From Octopus sinensis (Eukaryota), in contig NC_043015.1 of NCBI RefSeq assembly GCF_006345805.1, positions 38,564,001 to 38,628,000 of the forward strand: DNA of 64,000 nt, in the 5' to 3' direction. Positions 12,401 through 25,815 of this stretch are shown piece by piece. Position numbers and translations under genes: made by a program. Positions within the stretch are counted from its first letter, which is position 1, and the number at the start of each line of letters is the position of its first letter. Below the pieces are notes generated by a model that worked only from the letters and a program-made list of their open reading frames with translations, was not told where the DNA came from and made no database searches.

Positions 12401-12661
12401 TTTCCACCAATCAAATTCATTCACAAGGCTCCAGTTGACTAACGTCTATAGTACAAGGCACCTTTCTATAGTGCTGTACTGTGGTTGTGGAGCAAGCTTC
12501 TTAATCATACAGCCATAACCCTATATATATACACACACATACATATTGATTATTTATTTTTGTACTTTTTGTGATCTAGTTATATAAAGAAAAAGTCTGT
12601 TGGTTTTTATTTAAAAAAACAGCCATTCAACAAGGGGTTTGGTTTTAACTGCTCTTTCTCT

Positions 12662-12702
<41 letters not shown>

Positions 12703-12709
12703 CATACAC

Positions 12710-12740
<31 letters not shown>

Positions 12741-13454
12741 CAATCAATATAAATGCTGGTTAAGTTGATTTCAGTCATGCTTTACATCAATATGAAAGAG
12801 TTTGGGTGCAGAAAAACAATAATAATTAGTATATTTTGAGCTCTTTATGTTAAATACACAACTATGTCAGCCTCTAATTTTGACCTTAATATTCTTGTAT
12901 TAGATTTCTTGCATGGATTGGCATAAACTATATCTTAGATTGAGGTCTGTCATGAACTAAAGAACTTAACCTGATTTCCATGGTGTATAAGTGACTGATA
13001 TCAACAGCATCACTCCATCCCCAGGATGGGCAGCCAGTCCATTGTAGGGTTAACTTCCCAGCTAAGTGAAACGGAGCAATGTGAAATGAAGTGTTTTGCT
13101 CAAGAACACAATGAACCACCAGGTCCAGAAACCAAGCCCACAACTTTATGATTGTGTAGTGAATACCCTAACCACTAGGTCATGTGCCTCCACAATCGAT
13201 AGAGTATCAGGGAAAAAAATGCCCCACCACATTCTAGTTCTTTAGATTTTGAGTTCAAATCTGGCCAAGGTCAATTTTGTCTTTCACCCTTTCAAAGTCA
13301 AACTACCAGTTAGGTACTAGGGTCAATAGTACCAATTTCTTCCCCATCATAATTGCTAGCCTTGTGCCTAAATTGAAAACAATTACATGAATTAATATGG
13401 TATATTAACCATGGGAAATAGACTGAATTATATTAACACTATTTCCTTCTTTGG

Positions 13455-14040
13455 ACACCAAGCTCTGCTTGTGAAGACCTGTTGAGGCAAATGAAATCAA
13501 ATCCGATGACTGGTATCCGTGCTAGCGGGGTTCAAAGAGCACCATACGAGTGTGATCGTTGACAGAGCGGCTAACCGGCTTCCGTGCCAGTGGCACATAA
13601 AAGGCACCATTCGAGTGTGATCGTTACCAGCGTCACCTTACTGGTACTTGTACCTGTGCTAGTAGGGTGCCAAGAGCACCATCCAAGCATGATCGCTGCC
13701 AAAGTGGCTAACTGGCTTCCATGCCGGTGACACATAAAAGGACACCATCCAAGCGTGATCGTTACCAGCGACGCCTTACTGGCACCTGTGCCGGTGGCAT
13801 GTGTAAAAAGATTCGAGCGAGGTTATTGCCAGTACCGCTTGACTGGCCCACATGCCAGTGGCACATAAAAGCACCCACTACACTATCAGAGTGGTTGGCG
13901 TTAGGACGGGCATCCAGCTGTAGAAACTCTGCCAAATCAAGATTGGAGCCTGGTGCAGCCATCTGGTTCGCCAGCCCTCAGTCAAAATCGTCCAACCCAT
14001 GCTAGCATGGAAAGCGGATGTTAAACGATGATGATGATGA
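13455..14040 (+). mobile_element. RTE-family 3'UTR copy with ABAB internal minisatellite
   Basis: Repeated ~65-70-bp modules (GCACCAT.CGAG.GTGATCGTT...GTGCC.GTGGCAC.TAAAA) precede the shared tail. Confidence 0.8.
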
Positions 14041-16846
14041 CTAGAGAATGTACTACAATTATTTTACTGTGAGGAGAAGTTTAACATTTTGGTCAGAACT
14101 TCTTCCTCTCCAAACAACAATCTATTCAGTTCATAAGAATTCTGTTCCCCATGGCAAACTAATTTATTCCACACAATAAACTTCTAATTCGAGACACACT
14201 AAGTCTTTGTAAAAATATGTGGTCGTCACAACTGGAATTCCCTTGTTCATATGACAACCCGGTGGAATTTGACAGGAATTTCATACACATATTTCAGATA
14301 ACCCTGGCGAGTTCAGTTTTTAATTCTGAGAAAACTCCACACCAAACTATTTTTGTTTCCTGTAATATCAAAAGCAAATATTAAAAGTTAAACATCACAC
14401 ACATATGGAGGATACAAGCTCTTGACATTTCAGCAAAAGACATTTTAATGAGACCACGACATCTTAATTAGGTTTTTTATTAATATATCAATGAACAACA
14501 GAAAATAACAATTACAAGTTTATGTAAATTTGGAAGGAAGGCTATGGTTAATTTTAAATAAATCCTAAATATTTGCCTCATACTAATTTTATCAACCTCG
14601 GTAGGATGGAAGGGCAGAGTTGACTTAAGCAGGATTTGAACTCTGAATCTAAGGAGACAAAGCTAAAGGCCGCAAGTCATTGTGTCTGGCACAAGTAATT
14701 CTGCAATAATAATAATGATAATACTACTAAAAGCACTAGGCCTGAAATTTGAGGGGAGGGGGACTAGTCAATTACGTCGACCCCAGTGCATAACTGGTAC
14801 TTAATTTACTGACCCCAAAAGGATGAAAGGTAAGGACTTGAACCCAGAATGTAAAAGCTGAACGAAATATCGCTGAGCATTTTGCCTGGTATGGTAAAGA
14901 AAGATTCTGTCAGCTTATTGTGTTGATAATAATTTTGGCACAAGGCCAGCAATTTTAGGGGAGGGGGTAAGTTGATTACATCGATTCCAGTGCCCAGCTG
15001 GTACTTATTGTGTTGACCTTGAAAGGATGAACAGCAAAGTTGACCTTGGTAGCGTTTGAACTAAGAACATAAAGAGCTGGAAGAAGTGTCAGTAGGCATT
15101 TTGTCCAACAGACTAACAATTTTGCCAGCTGACTACCTTAATAATAACATAGAACATTCCACCCAGGTGAGCTCGAGAAAACAGATGCAAAACAGTAAAA
15201 ATACAGAGATGAGGATGATAATGATGATAGGATTTGGGATGGAGAGGGTGGTAGAGAAGGGAAGAGTGAGGTGGGGCAGAATTAAACCCAAAATAAGAGG
15301 ATTTCTAAGAGGATTGTAGTAAATTATCCTGCAAATGCTTTTATCAATTCTGTTGGTGTGTTGCTAAAGCAGGGAGGGTTTCTGCGTTGAAAACAGTTTT
15401 TAAAACAAAACTTAGTTCTTGTTTAAATTTAATGACAATTAATAATAATTTGACATAAGTTTAGAAATTTGAGGTGAAGAAGTACACTTTGGTGACACAA
15501 CTAGTTTCAGGATGAATACCACAGCACAACATATTGGGCAAGTATGTGCCCTCTACCCATGGACTTGAGCTGACCAATCAATGCTTTGTGAGTGAAATTT
15601 GGAAGGTGGAAACTGGTTGGAAGCCCATTAGAGGAGCACTTACTGCTTTGGGGTGTTAGATTTAATGACCCCACCCCATAATATTAACATCACTACCTGG
15701 TCCCTAAGTACTTTTAGTGGAGTCCACTGCTATGAGTGCCTGAGGTGCCAAATCTCCAGTTAGCAAATAACTTCCCTCTTTCTGTACATAATTCATTCAA
15801 GACTCTGTTAAAGGTCATATTGAGGACCCTTGGTGGGATTTGAACTCAATATTAATAATGATAAATAATAATTTAAGGAGGTGTTGACTAACATAGTCCA
15901 AGATACACTATTCCTGACAAGCTGGAATGGTCCCAGTGGTGAAACTTGATTATGGTTCTGCTCTCACAGACCTGACTGAGGATTAAACAAAAACGCCGAA
16001 ATAATGATTTTTTTCTTCCTTTTTTGATGATAATGATTAATTGATTTCTAATATTAGGCCAAGGCCACACACATTTAGCAAAATGCGAGTCATTAAATTG
16101 ATCCCAAGTATTTGATTGATATTCAGTTTAACAACCTGGAAGGACAAAAGCTGAAACGACCTGTGCAAGGTTTGAACTCAGACTGCAGACTCTACCACAA
16201 ACTTGTTTTAAATCATGTCCTTCACTTTAAATTTGGGTAGGATGTGATTTGAGGGGGATTTGCTTTCTATTTCTAGTAGATTGACAACAATATATGGGGA
16301 ATCTAATAGTTTTATGACCTACTTGCTTGGTAGCAGGTCAAGAGTGTGGTGAGTGGGGTGAGATACGGATTTTGAAAGTGGAGCACCAAGTCCACAGGCC
16401 TAACTATATCAAGGTTCCATAGTGTTGAGAGTGAATACCGACTAGACACAAAGGAAGTCCTAACAAAAGACAGTGTGTCAGCTAGAGTTAATTATTATTT
16501 ACTGAGCAAAGGTGGTGGTAGAGGTTTATACGAGTGAAGTACGTGCCGGTGAATATTGGCATGCAGATATATGTAGAGTAGATGAGGTCTATGTATGGGT
16601 ATGTATGGTATAAGATGTGTCTGTGTGTGTGTGTGTGAGGGTGTTGGTATGTATATATGTAGTGCATGAGGTCTATGTGTGTGTGTGTGTGTGTGTGTAT
16701 ACAGTATAAGATGTGTGGGTAGATGTATGTATGCATGTAAGGTGTATATACATGTCAATGGTGCAAGACTGTGTGTATATGATATAAAATGTAAGGTGTG
16801 TGTGGTACAAGATGTATGTATTGTGTGTACATACATATGGTGTAAA

Positions 16847-17076
16847 GGCAGCAAGCTGGCAGAAACGTTAGCACCCAGGGCGAAATGCGGAGCCGTATTT
16901 CGTCTGCCGTTATGTTCTGAGTTCAAATTCCGTCAAGGTCGACTTTGTCTTTCATCCTTTTGGAGTCGATAAATTAAGTACCAGTTACACACTGGGGTCG
17001 ATGTAATCGACTTAATCCGTTTGTCTGTTCTTGTTTGTCCTCTCTGTGTTTAGCCCCTTGTGGGTAGTAAAGAAAT
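16847..17076 (+). mobile_element. tRNA-derived SINE, family A (full length)
   Basis: Pol III A box (GCTGGCAGAAACGTT) and B box (GAGTTCAAATTCC), central CTTTCATCCTTT.GG.GTCGATAAATTAAGTACCAG domain, and an AT tail. Confidence 0.85.
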
Positions 17077-17639
17077 ATATATATATGGTGTAAAATGTGC
17101 ATATGTATAAGTTTAAGATGAGCAGGCACAGAATAAGATGCATATATATATATAACTATACATGCATGCACAAAGACACAATATATATACATACATACAT
17201 ACATACATACACACCTTTGTATGTACAGCGCAATGGTAAGGAGTATACATATAGTATGCATATATATATACACACACACACACACACCATGCATAGTGTA
17301 AGAGGAGCATATGCCACACACACACACACATGTATTTTAACTCTACATTCACTATTCTACACACTCCCACACATCCATTCACAGAAAACAGTTCTAAAAA
17401 AAGAAAAAAAGGCTGAAATAAAAGCATCCAAGGAAGACTTATTTGTGAGTGTTGCGTGTGTGCTAATCAGTGATCTCATATAACTCACCTGGGTGGACAG
17501 ACAGCGATTAATTAACAACCTTCACAAGAGCTGACAGATTAATGAATGTTGAAAATTACTATTTTTTCCCCCTCTTTCTATCTACTTTTTTTACATCATT
17601 AATCTGGGTAATATTGAGGTATTAGATTAGTCTGGTTCG

Positions 17640-18420
17640 ATAGTGTGTGTGTGTGAGAATGAAATTGTGTGTGTGCATGTGTGTGAGAATGCAAGAGTGT
17701 GCATGTGTGAGAATGTGAGTGTGCATGTGTGGGAATGCTAGTGTGTGTGTGGGAATGCTAGTGTGTGTGGGAATGCTAGTGTGTGTGGGAATGCGAGTGT
17801 GTGTGTGGGAATGCGAGTGTGTGTGTGGGAATGCGAGTGTATGTGTGAGGGAATGTGAGGGTGTGTGTGTGTGAGGGAATGTGAGGGTGTGTGTGTGTGA
17901 GGGAATGCGAGGTGTAAGAATGCATGTGGGTATGAGAATGTGAGAACGCGCATGTGATAATGCATGTGTGAGCAAGAATGCACATGTGAGAATGTGTGCA
18001 TGTGTGAGTGAGAATGCGTGTGAGGTATGTGGATGTGAGAACGTGTGTGTGTATGTGAGAATGTGTGTGTGTATGTGAGAACGTGTGTGTGTATGTGAGA
18101 ATGTGTGTGTGTATGTGAGAATGTGTGTGTGTATGTGAGAATGTGTGTGTGTATGTGAGAATGTGTGTGTGTACGTGAGAATGTGTGTGTGTACGTGAGA
18201 ATGTGTGTGTGTACGTGAGAATGTGTGTGAAAACGCGTGTTTGTGTAAGAATGCATGTGTGTATGTGAGAATGCATATGTATGCATGTGAGGATGTATGT
18301 GAATGAGAATGCATGTGTGCATGTGAGAATGCACACACGTATGTGTGTGAGACTGCATGCATGTCTAGATAGGTGTGTGTGGATTTAGATTGATGTGTGT
18401 GCGTGCGTGTATGCATATTT
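17640..18420. repeat. TG-rich minisatellite region, including a 20-bp unit ATGTGTGTGTGTATGTGAGA x9 (18041-18220)
   Basis: Direct inspection. An upstream sub-array uses a ~18-20-bp GTGTGTGGGAATGC(T/G)A unit. Confidence 0.9.
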
Positions 18421-18829
18421 TCTGAGTGTTCACTTCTCACAATTTAATTACAAGATCACTCGTTAATTCATTTTAACGTCTGGTTTTCCATGCTAGTATG
18501 GGTTAGACAAATATGTCGTTCATTTTACAGTTGGATGCCCTTCCTGTCACTAACCTTTACCCAATTTTTCAACTAAGGGTCCTTTCATTCTACAAGATAC
18601 ACAAGGCACAAAAGCAATGGATGAGTTGTTGAAAAGAGAACTGGTACTAACATGACCACCATGTTGTTATCACAACTTCTGTAGAGCAGGATGGGCTTCT
18701 TTCAGTTTCCATCTACCAAATCCACTCTAAAGACTATGCTCAGTACAGGACTTATAGAAGACATTTGCTTATATATGCATAAATATATTACATGTGTGTG
18801 TACACACGTATATACAAATACACACCACT

Positions 18830-18860
<31 letters not shown>

Positions 18861-19101
18861 CATGTAATATTTTTGACTAATGAGAATACATCAATTAGTG
18901 TGCTGGTATGTTGAGTAAAGCACTAGCACAGTTTGGGCTACCTGATGTCATCTGCAGTCTGAGTATATTTCATTTGGATCCGCTTCAGGAATTCTGCCGT
19001 ATTAGTTAAGATAATCAATTAAGTCAACAGAAGATGGAATTGGTAAAACTCTATTTCGTACAATCATTTCAACTCATCCTGCAACTGTCCTAGGACAGTT
19101 A

Positions 19102-19133
<32 letters not shown>

Positions 19134-21189
19134 CATATATATACACACAATCCTTGGGTAGAATCAGTGGCACACTGTGTATGACAAGGCTGGGCTTTGA
19201 AATTACCAAGTTCCTCCCTCTAGCAGACTGCCATACAATTTTTACAGACTCAATTATTCTAACAACACAATACAGGAATGTAACAAAAAAAAAAAGCACA
19301 GAAAAGATTGAACCTAGAAGTTTGTAATTGAGAAGCAAAATCTTGAGTCAATCGTACATTGAGTACCCTCATCATTTATTGTCCCCTTTTCCATGTGTGC
19401 AGGGGTCTGATGGGATTTGTTGAGGCAGGTTTTCCACAGTTGAATGCCCTTTTTCCAAGCGAGGTCATATTTTACACAAAGCTAGACAGGTTTTTCATGA
19501 AAGACTGGAAACAAACAACCTTGCTTGTGAGACAATGAAGTTCACACACAAGGCTACACACACACAAATATTCAAATCATGTTGCTGTGACCCACAACCA
19601 TAGATCATAGAAAACAATGGTGGGATTATTATAAAACAACATCCATGGCTGTGTGGTTTCAGGTGCAATCCCTTTGCATGGTACCGTGGACTACCACAAC
19701 AAGGGTTTGTGTTTGTGGACCTAATCTTGGGTGTGAGATATTGAAGACCTTACCAGATCTCTTATGACATGCAGGCTAAAATCAGGTTAACATTTTTTAT
19801 ACCAACCCCCACCCGAGACCACTTGTGGTTCTATGATACAAAAGTCCCGTTTTAAAGTGATCTAAATGAAAACTTTCCATTAAAATTTCATGTTTGTGTT
19901 CAAAGTATCAGCTTCTTTATGTCAAAGTTATTTTACTAAATTCTTTATTAGTTTCAAAATCAATTGAAACACAGACTGTATTTCAACAGAAATACACTAA
20001 CAAAAGGGTTGAAAGGTGCCCCTTGTACTGATAAATGGCTCAAGTCACAGCCTTGGCAAAAGTTACTGGAAAAGTTAGAACATAGTGGACTAAAGCCATT
20101 GTAAGTTCCAGTAGAAGCATAGAAAACAGGAGATGTTTTTGATTTTTTAAACTTTTTCTAGATTTAATGTTCTAGTGACAATGATACCAGGCAATGGGAT
20201 AGAATTTATTCAATTAAGGCTTAAAATTGGAAGTCCTATATACACAATCCATCAAATGGGAAGTCTGATAAATATTTGTTGAAAGATCTTTCCAACTGCC
20301 ACGTGTTTGGTGAAGGCAACTATCTTCAAACGAATCACTCACCAACAAGAGTAGCAGGAAACCTTTTGGACAATGTTCATTACAAGATCATCATCCTCAA
20401 CTTCCACTTTTCCATGCATGCATGAATCGAAAGAGACTTTGTTGAGGCAGATTTTCCATGCCTGGATGCCATTTCTGTCACCAATTCTCACCTGTTTCTA
20501 AGCAAGGTAATATTTCCCCATGGCCAGACAAGTCTTCACGGAAGACTGGAAATGAACAACCTTGTTTATAATAATAAATATGATGTTCCTTTACAATCCT
20601 CACTCGATGCCTGGACGCTAACAGGCACAAACACACATGCATGCATTATTATCATCATCATTTAACATCTGTTTTCCATGCTGGCATGGGTTGGACAGTT
20701 TGACAGGAGCTGGCCAGCTGAAGGGCTGCCCAGGCTCCAGTTGTCTGTTTTGGCAGAGTTTCTATGGCTGGATTTCCTTCCAAACACCGACCACTTTGCA
20801 GAGTGTACTCAGTGCTTTTATGCAGCAACAGCATTTACGTGGCATTGGTACAGGTACTTTTTTATGTGCCACCAGCACCCATGGGCCCACAAGATTAGGA
20901 ACACTCAGCTGGAAAGAGATGCAGGGGACAAACATATGTATAGAATGGGCTTCTTTCAACCTCTATCTACTAAACCCATTCACAAGGCTTTGGTCAGCTT
21001 GGGGTTATAATAGAAGAGACTTGCCCAAGGTGCCATGCAATGGGATTGAACCCAAGACCACATCATTGGAAAGCATGCTCCTTCACCGCATAACAATGCT
21101 CTGGAAATACACCTTCTACGATTTATACTGAATTAAATGTGAAAATTAAAAAAAGCAAAAAAGAAGTTCAGTGACCATTAATCAATTCC

Positions 21190-22480
21190 TAGACATCCCT
21201 AAACCCAGCACATTCGTTTATCAAAATATTAATCCCTTGATCCCATGGAAGAAAATATTTTCCCCCCATTTTTACAACTATATAACATTTATCCTGACCA
21301 AACTCCAACTCTACATCCTTTGAGAATGTTGTAACTAAGTTAAGGCTCTTTTTCATCTCTTGCATATTCTTGGCATAAAGTTTCAAGTCATCCACAAAGA
21401 AACAGTTTGTAATTTTGGTATTTCTGTTTCCTCGTGAACCAGTGAGATATCCTTCTGACTTCCTTAACATGAATGACAAGGGGTTTACAGAAAGTATAAA
21501 CGACATCACAGAGAGGTTATCCCTTGGAATATACCTTTGCAATACTGTATTCTATCAGTGATAATACAGTCACTCTTTGTGTTTAATCTCAATATAGAGG
21601 CCCACAATAAAGTCAGGTCAGCTATGGCTTTGACTATGCTCACTGGAACTTTAGCAAGTTGAAGGGCTTCTAGTACCCTTGAGTGGGGAACAGAGTCAAA
21701 GGCTTTCTTGTAGTCTAGCCACATTGAAACTAGGTTCCTCCTATGCTCTCACACCTCTGACATCACAGTTTTGTTGATTAACAATTGCTCGGAACATCCC
21801 CAGACTCCCTTCTTCCTAGCTGCTTGTTGTTCTGTGATGTTATTGGTTTCACAATGGTCCTGGAGGAAGAGGTTTAAATATGCTGTATATAACTTGTACA
21901 TTAAGTTCTGGCATCCAATTGGCCGGTAGGTTTTTTGCCACGTGGGTGGTTGTGCATTTGGGGATCAATTTCATCTCTGCCAGAGCTAACCAGTGTGGTA
22001 TGCTACTGTTTCCAATGAGAGCTTGCTGGTACGGATTGATAAGATATGGTCAGTAGAATGTTAGCTTCTTGTACCAATATCCAGCAATCAAGTCTCTTCC
22101 AGGTGCTTTTTCCATCCTGGAGTTCCTGGAACACAGTTGCAAGACTTTCACCATCAATGTTGTAGGTTTGGGATGTAACTTTTTCAGATTTCTTCCTGTC
22201 ACAGAGCATCTTGGTTAAACTCCTCTTCACTCAAGATTTTCCTCCACAAAAAGTCTGTTTTCTCTTGGAGCTTCCATGATGTCCACTGCTCCTCCTCATG
22301 TCTCTGTATACTGCTGCCTGGTTCGATTTTTTGCTTATTCTTCTTCTCTCAGTTATTCTCTTCTGATGTCAGAATTTTTCACAGACAGCTTTTAGCTCCA
22401 GCTTTAGGGTAATCAGTTTGCAAGTGAGTGTCCTCTTTTTGCTGTCTCCAAACATCATTTCTATCTACTTTCTGTCGGCG
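21190..22480 (-). mobile_element. Degenerate non-LTR retrotransposon reverse transcriptase, R4/Dong-like (RLE-type) clade
   Basis: Frameshifted RT motifs YRPIGCQNLMYKLYT, KGVWGCSEQLLINK, WLDYKKAFDSVPHS, GIFQGDNLS, FFVDDLKLYAK, FSKDVELEFGQDKC. The clade call is from recalled motif style. Confidence 0.85.
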
Positions 22481-22485
22481 GGGTG

Positions 22486-22780
22486 TCATCATCATCATCA
22501 TTTAACGTCCGCTTTCCATGCTAGCATGGGTTGGACGGTTCAACCGGGGTCTGGGAAGCCAGGAGGCTGCACCAGGCTCCAGTCTGATCTGGCAGTGTTT
22601 CTACAGCTGGATGCCCTTCCTAACGCCAACCACTCCGTGAGTGTAATGGGTGCTTTTTACGTGCCACTGGCACAGGTGCCAGGGAGGCTGGCAGTGGCCA
22701 CGATCGGTTAGTGCTTTTTACGTGCCACCGGCACAGAAGTGCTGGCATCGGCCAAGACGGCGCTGGTGATTTATTTGTGT
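22486..22780 (-). mobile_element. RTE-family 3' end abutting the R4-like remnant
   Basis: CATCATCATTTAACGTCCGCTTTCCATGCTAGCATGGGTTGGACGG plus modules. Confidence 0.8.
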
Positions 22781-22873
22781 GCATGTGATAAACATCATTA
22801 CATGACTGATGATCTTCTGTAAACCATTTATCTTTTTCTGTCTTCAAAACCCATAAAATAGCCTCCCATGCCA

Positions 22874-23261
22874 GGAGTGGCTGTGTGGTAAGTAGCTTGC
22901 TAACCAACCACATGGTTCTGGTTCAGTCCCACTGCGTGGCATCTTGGGCAAGTATCTTCTGCTATAGCCCTGGGCCGACCAATGCCTTGTGAGTGGATTT
23001 GGTAGACGGAAACTGAAAGAAGCCTGTTGTATATATGTATATATATATATATATGTGTGTGTGTGTTTGTCCCCCTAGCATTGCTTGACAACCGATGCTG
23101 GTGTGTTTACGTCCCCGTCACTTAGCGGTTCGGCAAAAGAGACCGATAGAATAAGTACTGGGCTTACAAAGAATAAGTCCCGGGGTCGAGTTGCTCGACT
23201 AAAGGCGGTGCTCCAGCATGACCGCAGTCAAATGACTGAAACAAGTAAAAGAGTAAAAGAG
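22874..23261 (+). mobile_element. tRNA-derived SINE, family B (bipartite with central microsatellite). Second full copy at 34729-35095; partial minus copies at ~20940-21095, 41912-42110, 62841-62925
   Basis: GGAGTGGCTGTGTGGTAAGTAGCTTGC...GGTTCAGTCCCACTG head, (AT)/(GT) middle and ...ATGACTGAAACAAGTAAAAGA tail. Confidence 0.85.
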
Positions 23262-25402
23262 TATGCCAAATAAGTGACTTTTAGCTTCGAGTTCGTATGT
23301 ACACACACACACACACACATGATGGGATTCTTCCAGTTTCCATCTACTTAAATTCACTCACAAGGCCTCAGTTAGCCAGGGATTATAGCAGAAAACACTT
23401 GTCCAAGGTACCACACAGTGGGACTGAACCCAAAACCCTGTGGTTAGGAAACAAACTTCTTCCTACAGAGTCATGTCCCACCTATAGTGTGTGTATAATA
23501 ATGGTGAACCACAACACAAACTTATAACAGACAACTGATGGTTCCTAAAAGTGGATTATTTACCCTTTTTTTATAAATCATGCCCTCAGTTTATTTGGCT
23601 AATTAAATTATTTACTGCTGTTGAACTTAATTATAACAATACAAACATCTCAGTACTTGACTGCATATTTTAACCCAATAACAACCGAAGGCAAAATTAA
23701 CAGTAATAATAATAATAATGATGATGATGCTGATGATGATAGTTGCTATAATAGTCACGAGTGTTGTAATAGTCATGAGGCCGTACACTTTAAGGAATGG
23801 TACATAGTGTAGATTATAACAATCCCAGGTTTTTTTCTTTCTTTTAATTGACTTCAGCAGGATTTGGAACATAAGAGGATATAACAACACAAAGGCATTT
23901 TCTTTGTCAGTTTACTAATTCTACTAATGATCAGTCGAAATGGTTTCTAATTGAAGGGAACGGCTCAGTTGATGATATTCAAAAATAATTGCAAAAACAG
24001 CCACTATACTCAATCTTTTGGCATTCAGATTACTTCGTTAAATATAATGCTTATTTATTCTCATTGTTTTGAATTAATAATGCATTATCTTGTAGCTTTG
24101 ATATTTGGATAATGTGATTGTTTATTTCAAGAAAGACATTGTAGGGCAGGTGTGAAAGGCTATATCTGGCCAGTTTGAACATAAAACAGAATATTTGGGA
24201 TGGATATGCTCAGTGTAAATGCTAAAGAGTTAACATATGTACACCATTGACAGGCAACACAACAGTTATTGTCTGAGATAAAATCTCTCATTGACGTGTT
24301 GTTACAAAACACATATATTGGAAGGAAACAAAGAATTGTCTTGGCATTGCAGTAACCACCACTGGGAGGATTTTTCATCCCTCTCTGAGATATTGTTTTT
24401 TAACACAGTGCTTCTATAAGAGATTTTATCTCAGGTGAAAACCATAGCGACTTGCCTATCAATAGGGTATATATATATTAAGTAAGATACATAGAAAGCT
24501 GCTTTAATTTAATATGGCTTCACTTGTAATGCAGAGTGGTAGATATTCACAATGTCAGTGGATAAATTATTCACTGCTTCCTAGATCAGAGAAGACAGAC
24601 TTTGTCTAGGCATGTACACGATTGTTAAGGCCCAGGAAGGCCAAAATGCATCTGGCTTTCTCACGGCTGGGATAATCTTTCATCTTCCTCCAAAGATATG
24701 GTGGCCCTCTGTTGGCTACAATGAGTGTTGTAGTTGATTCGATCAATGGAGTAGCCTACTAGGGAGACTAACATGCAAGTGGTTGAGCACTCCAGAGACA
24801 GGTGCACTCTTAACATGGTTCTCAGGGAGAGTCAATGTGACACAGAATGCAACAAGGCTGGCCTTTTGAATAACAGGTGCAACTCATTTTTGCCAGCTGA
24901 GTTGACTGGAGCAACGTGGCATAAAGTGTCTTGCTCAAGGACACAAGATGCCAGCAGAAATCATGCTCATAACCTGATAATCATGGGCCAAATACCCTAA
25001 CCTAAGCCATGCACCTTCAGCTATATATATTGCGTTTTTCAACACAGCTTGTCTATAAGAGATTTTATCTTGAATGAAAACCACAGTAATTTCTTGGGAA
25101 GGGGTAAAATTGATTGTAACGATCCCAGTGTACAACTGGTACATATTTTGTTGATCCCGAAAGGTTGAAAGAAAAAAAATGGAGCTCAGCGGAATTTGAA
25201 CTCAGAACAAATATGTATGAAATGCACAAAGCTTTTTGCTTGGTATGCTAACATTTCTGCCAACTCACTGCCTTAATAGTAATAATAATGATGATGGTGG
25301 TGGTCACTCATCCGATTTCAACATACAAATGTTTGAAGGAAAGGATTTCAAAAAGCAAAAAAGGATTAAAAAAAAAAGCTGCATCTATATGCAATGAATG
25401 TC

Positions 25403-25815
25403 ATCATCATCATTTAACGTCCACTTTCCATGCTGGCATGGGTTGGACGGTTTGACTGAGGGCTGGCGAGCCAGAAGGCTGTACCAGGCTCCAATCTAAT
25501 CTGGCAAAATTTCTACAGCTGGATGCCCTTCTTAACACCAACCACTCCGAGAATGTAATGGGTGCTTTTTATGTGCCACCGGCACAAGGGCTAGTCAGGG
25601 GGTACTGGCATCGACCACACTTGAATGTTGCTTTTTACCAGCACAGGAGCCAGTCAGGTGGCACTGGCAACAACCATACTTCGATGGTGCTTTTTACGTG
25701 CCACCAACACAGAACCAGTCAGCCAGCACTGGTAACGACCACGCTCGAATGGCATTTTTTAACATGCTACTGGCACAGAACCAGTCAGGTGGTACTATCA
25801 TCGACCACTAGGTAC
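25403..25815 (-). mobile_element. RTE-family 3' end with several internal modules
   Basis: Shared tail plus repeated TTTTACGTGCCACC..CACAG..CCAGTCAG modules. Confidence 0.8.

Noticed and set aside
16847-16935. SINE heads (also at 22874, 34729, 56230) as functional tRNA genes
   Set aside because: A and B boxes are present, but there is no full cloverleaf and they continue into SINE bodies.
17622-18440. His/Thr-rich ORFs (272, 206, 186 aa)
   Set aside because: These are translations of a TG minisatellite, open in all three frames.
19085-19098. Perfect 14-bp palindrome CTGTCCTAGGACAG
   Set aside because: It is isolated and short, and compatible with chance in 64 kb.
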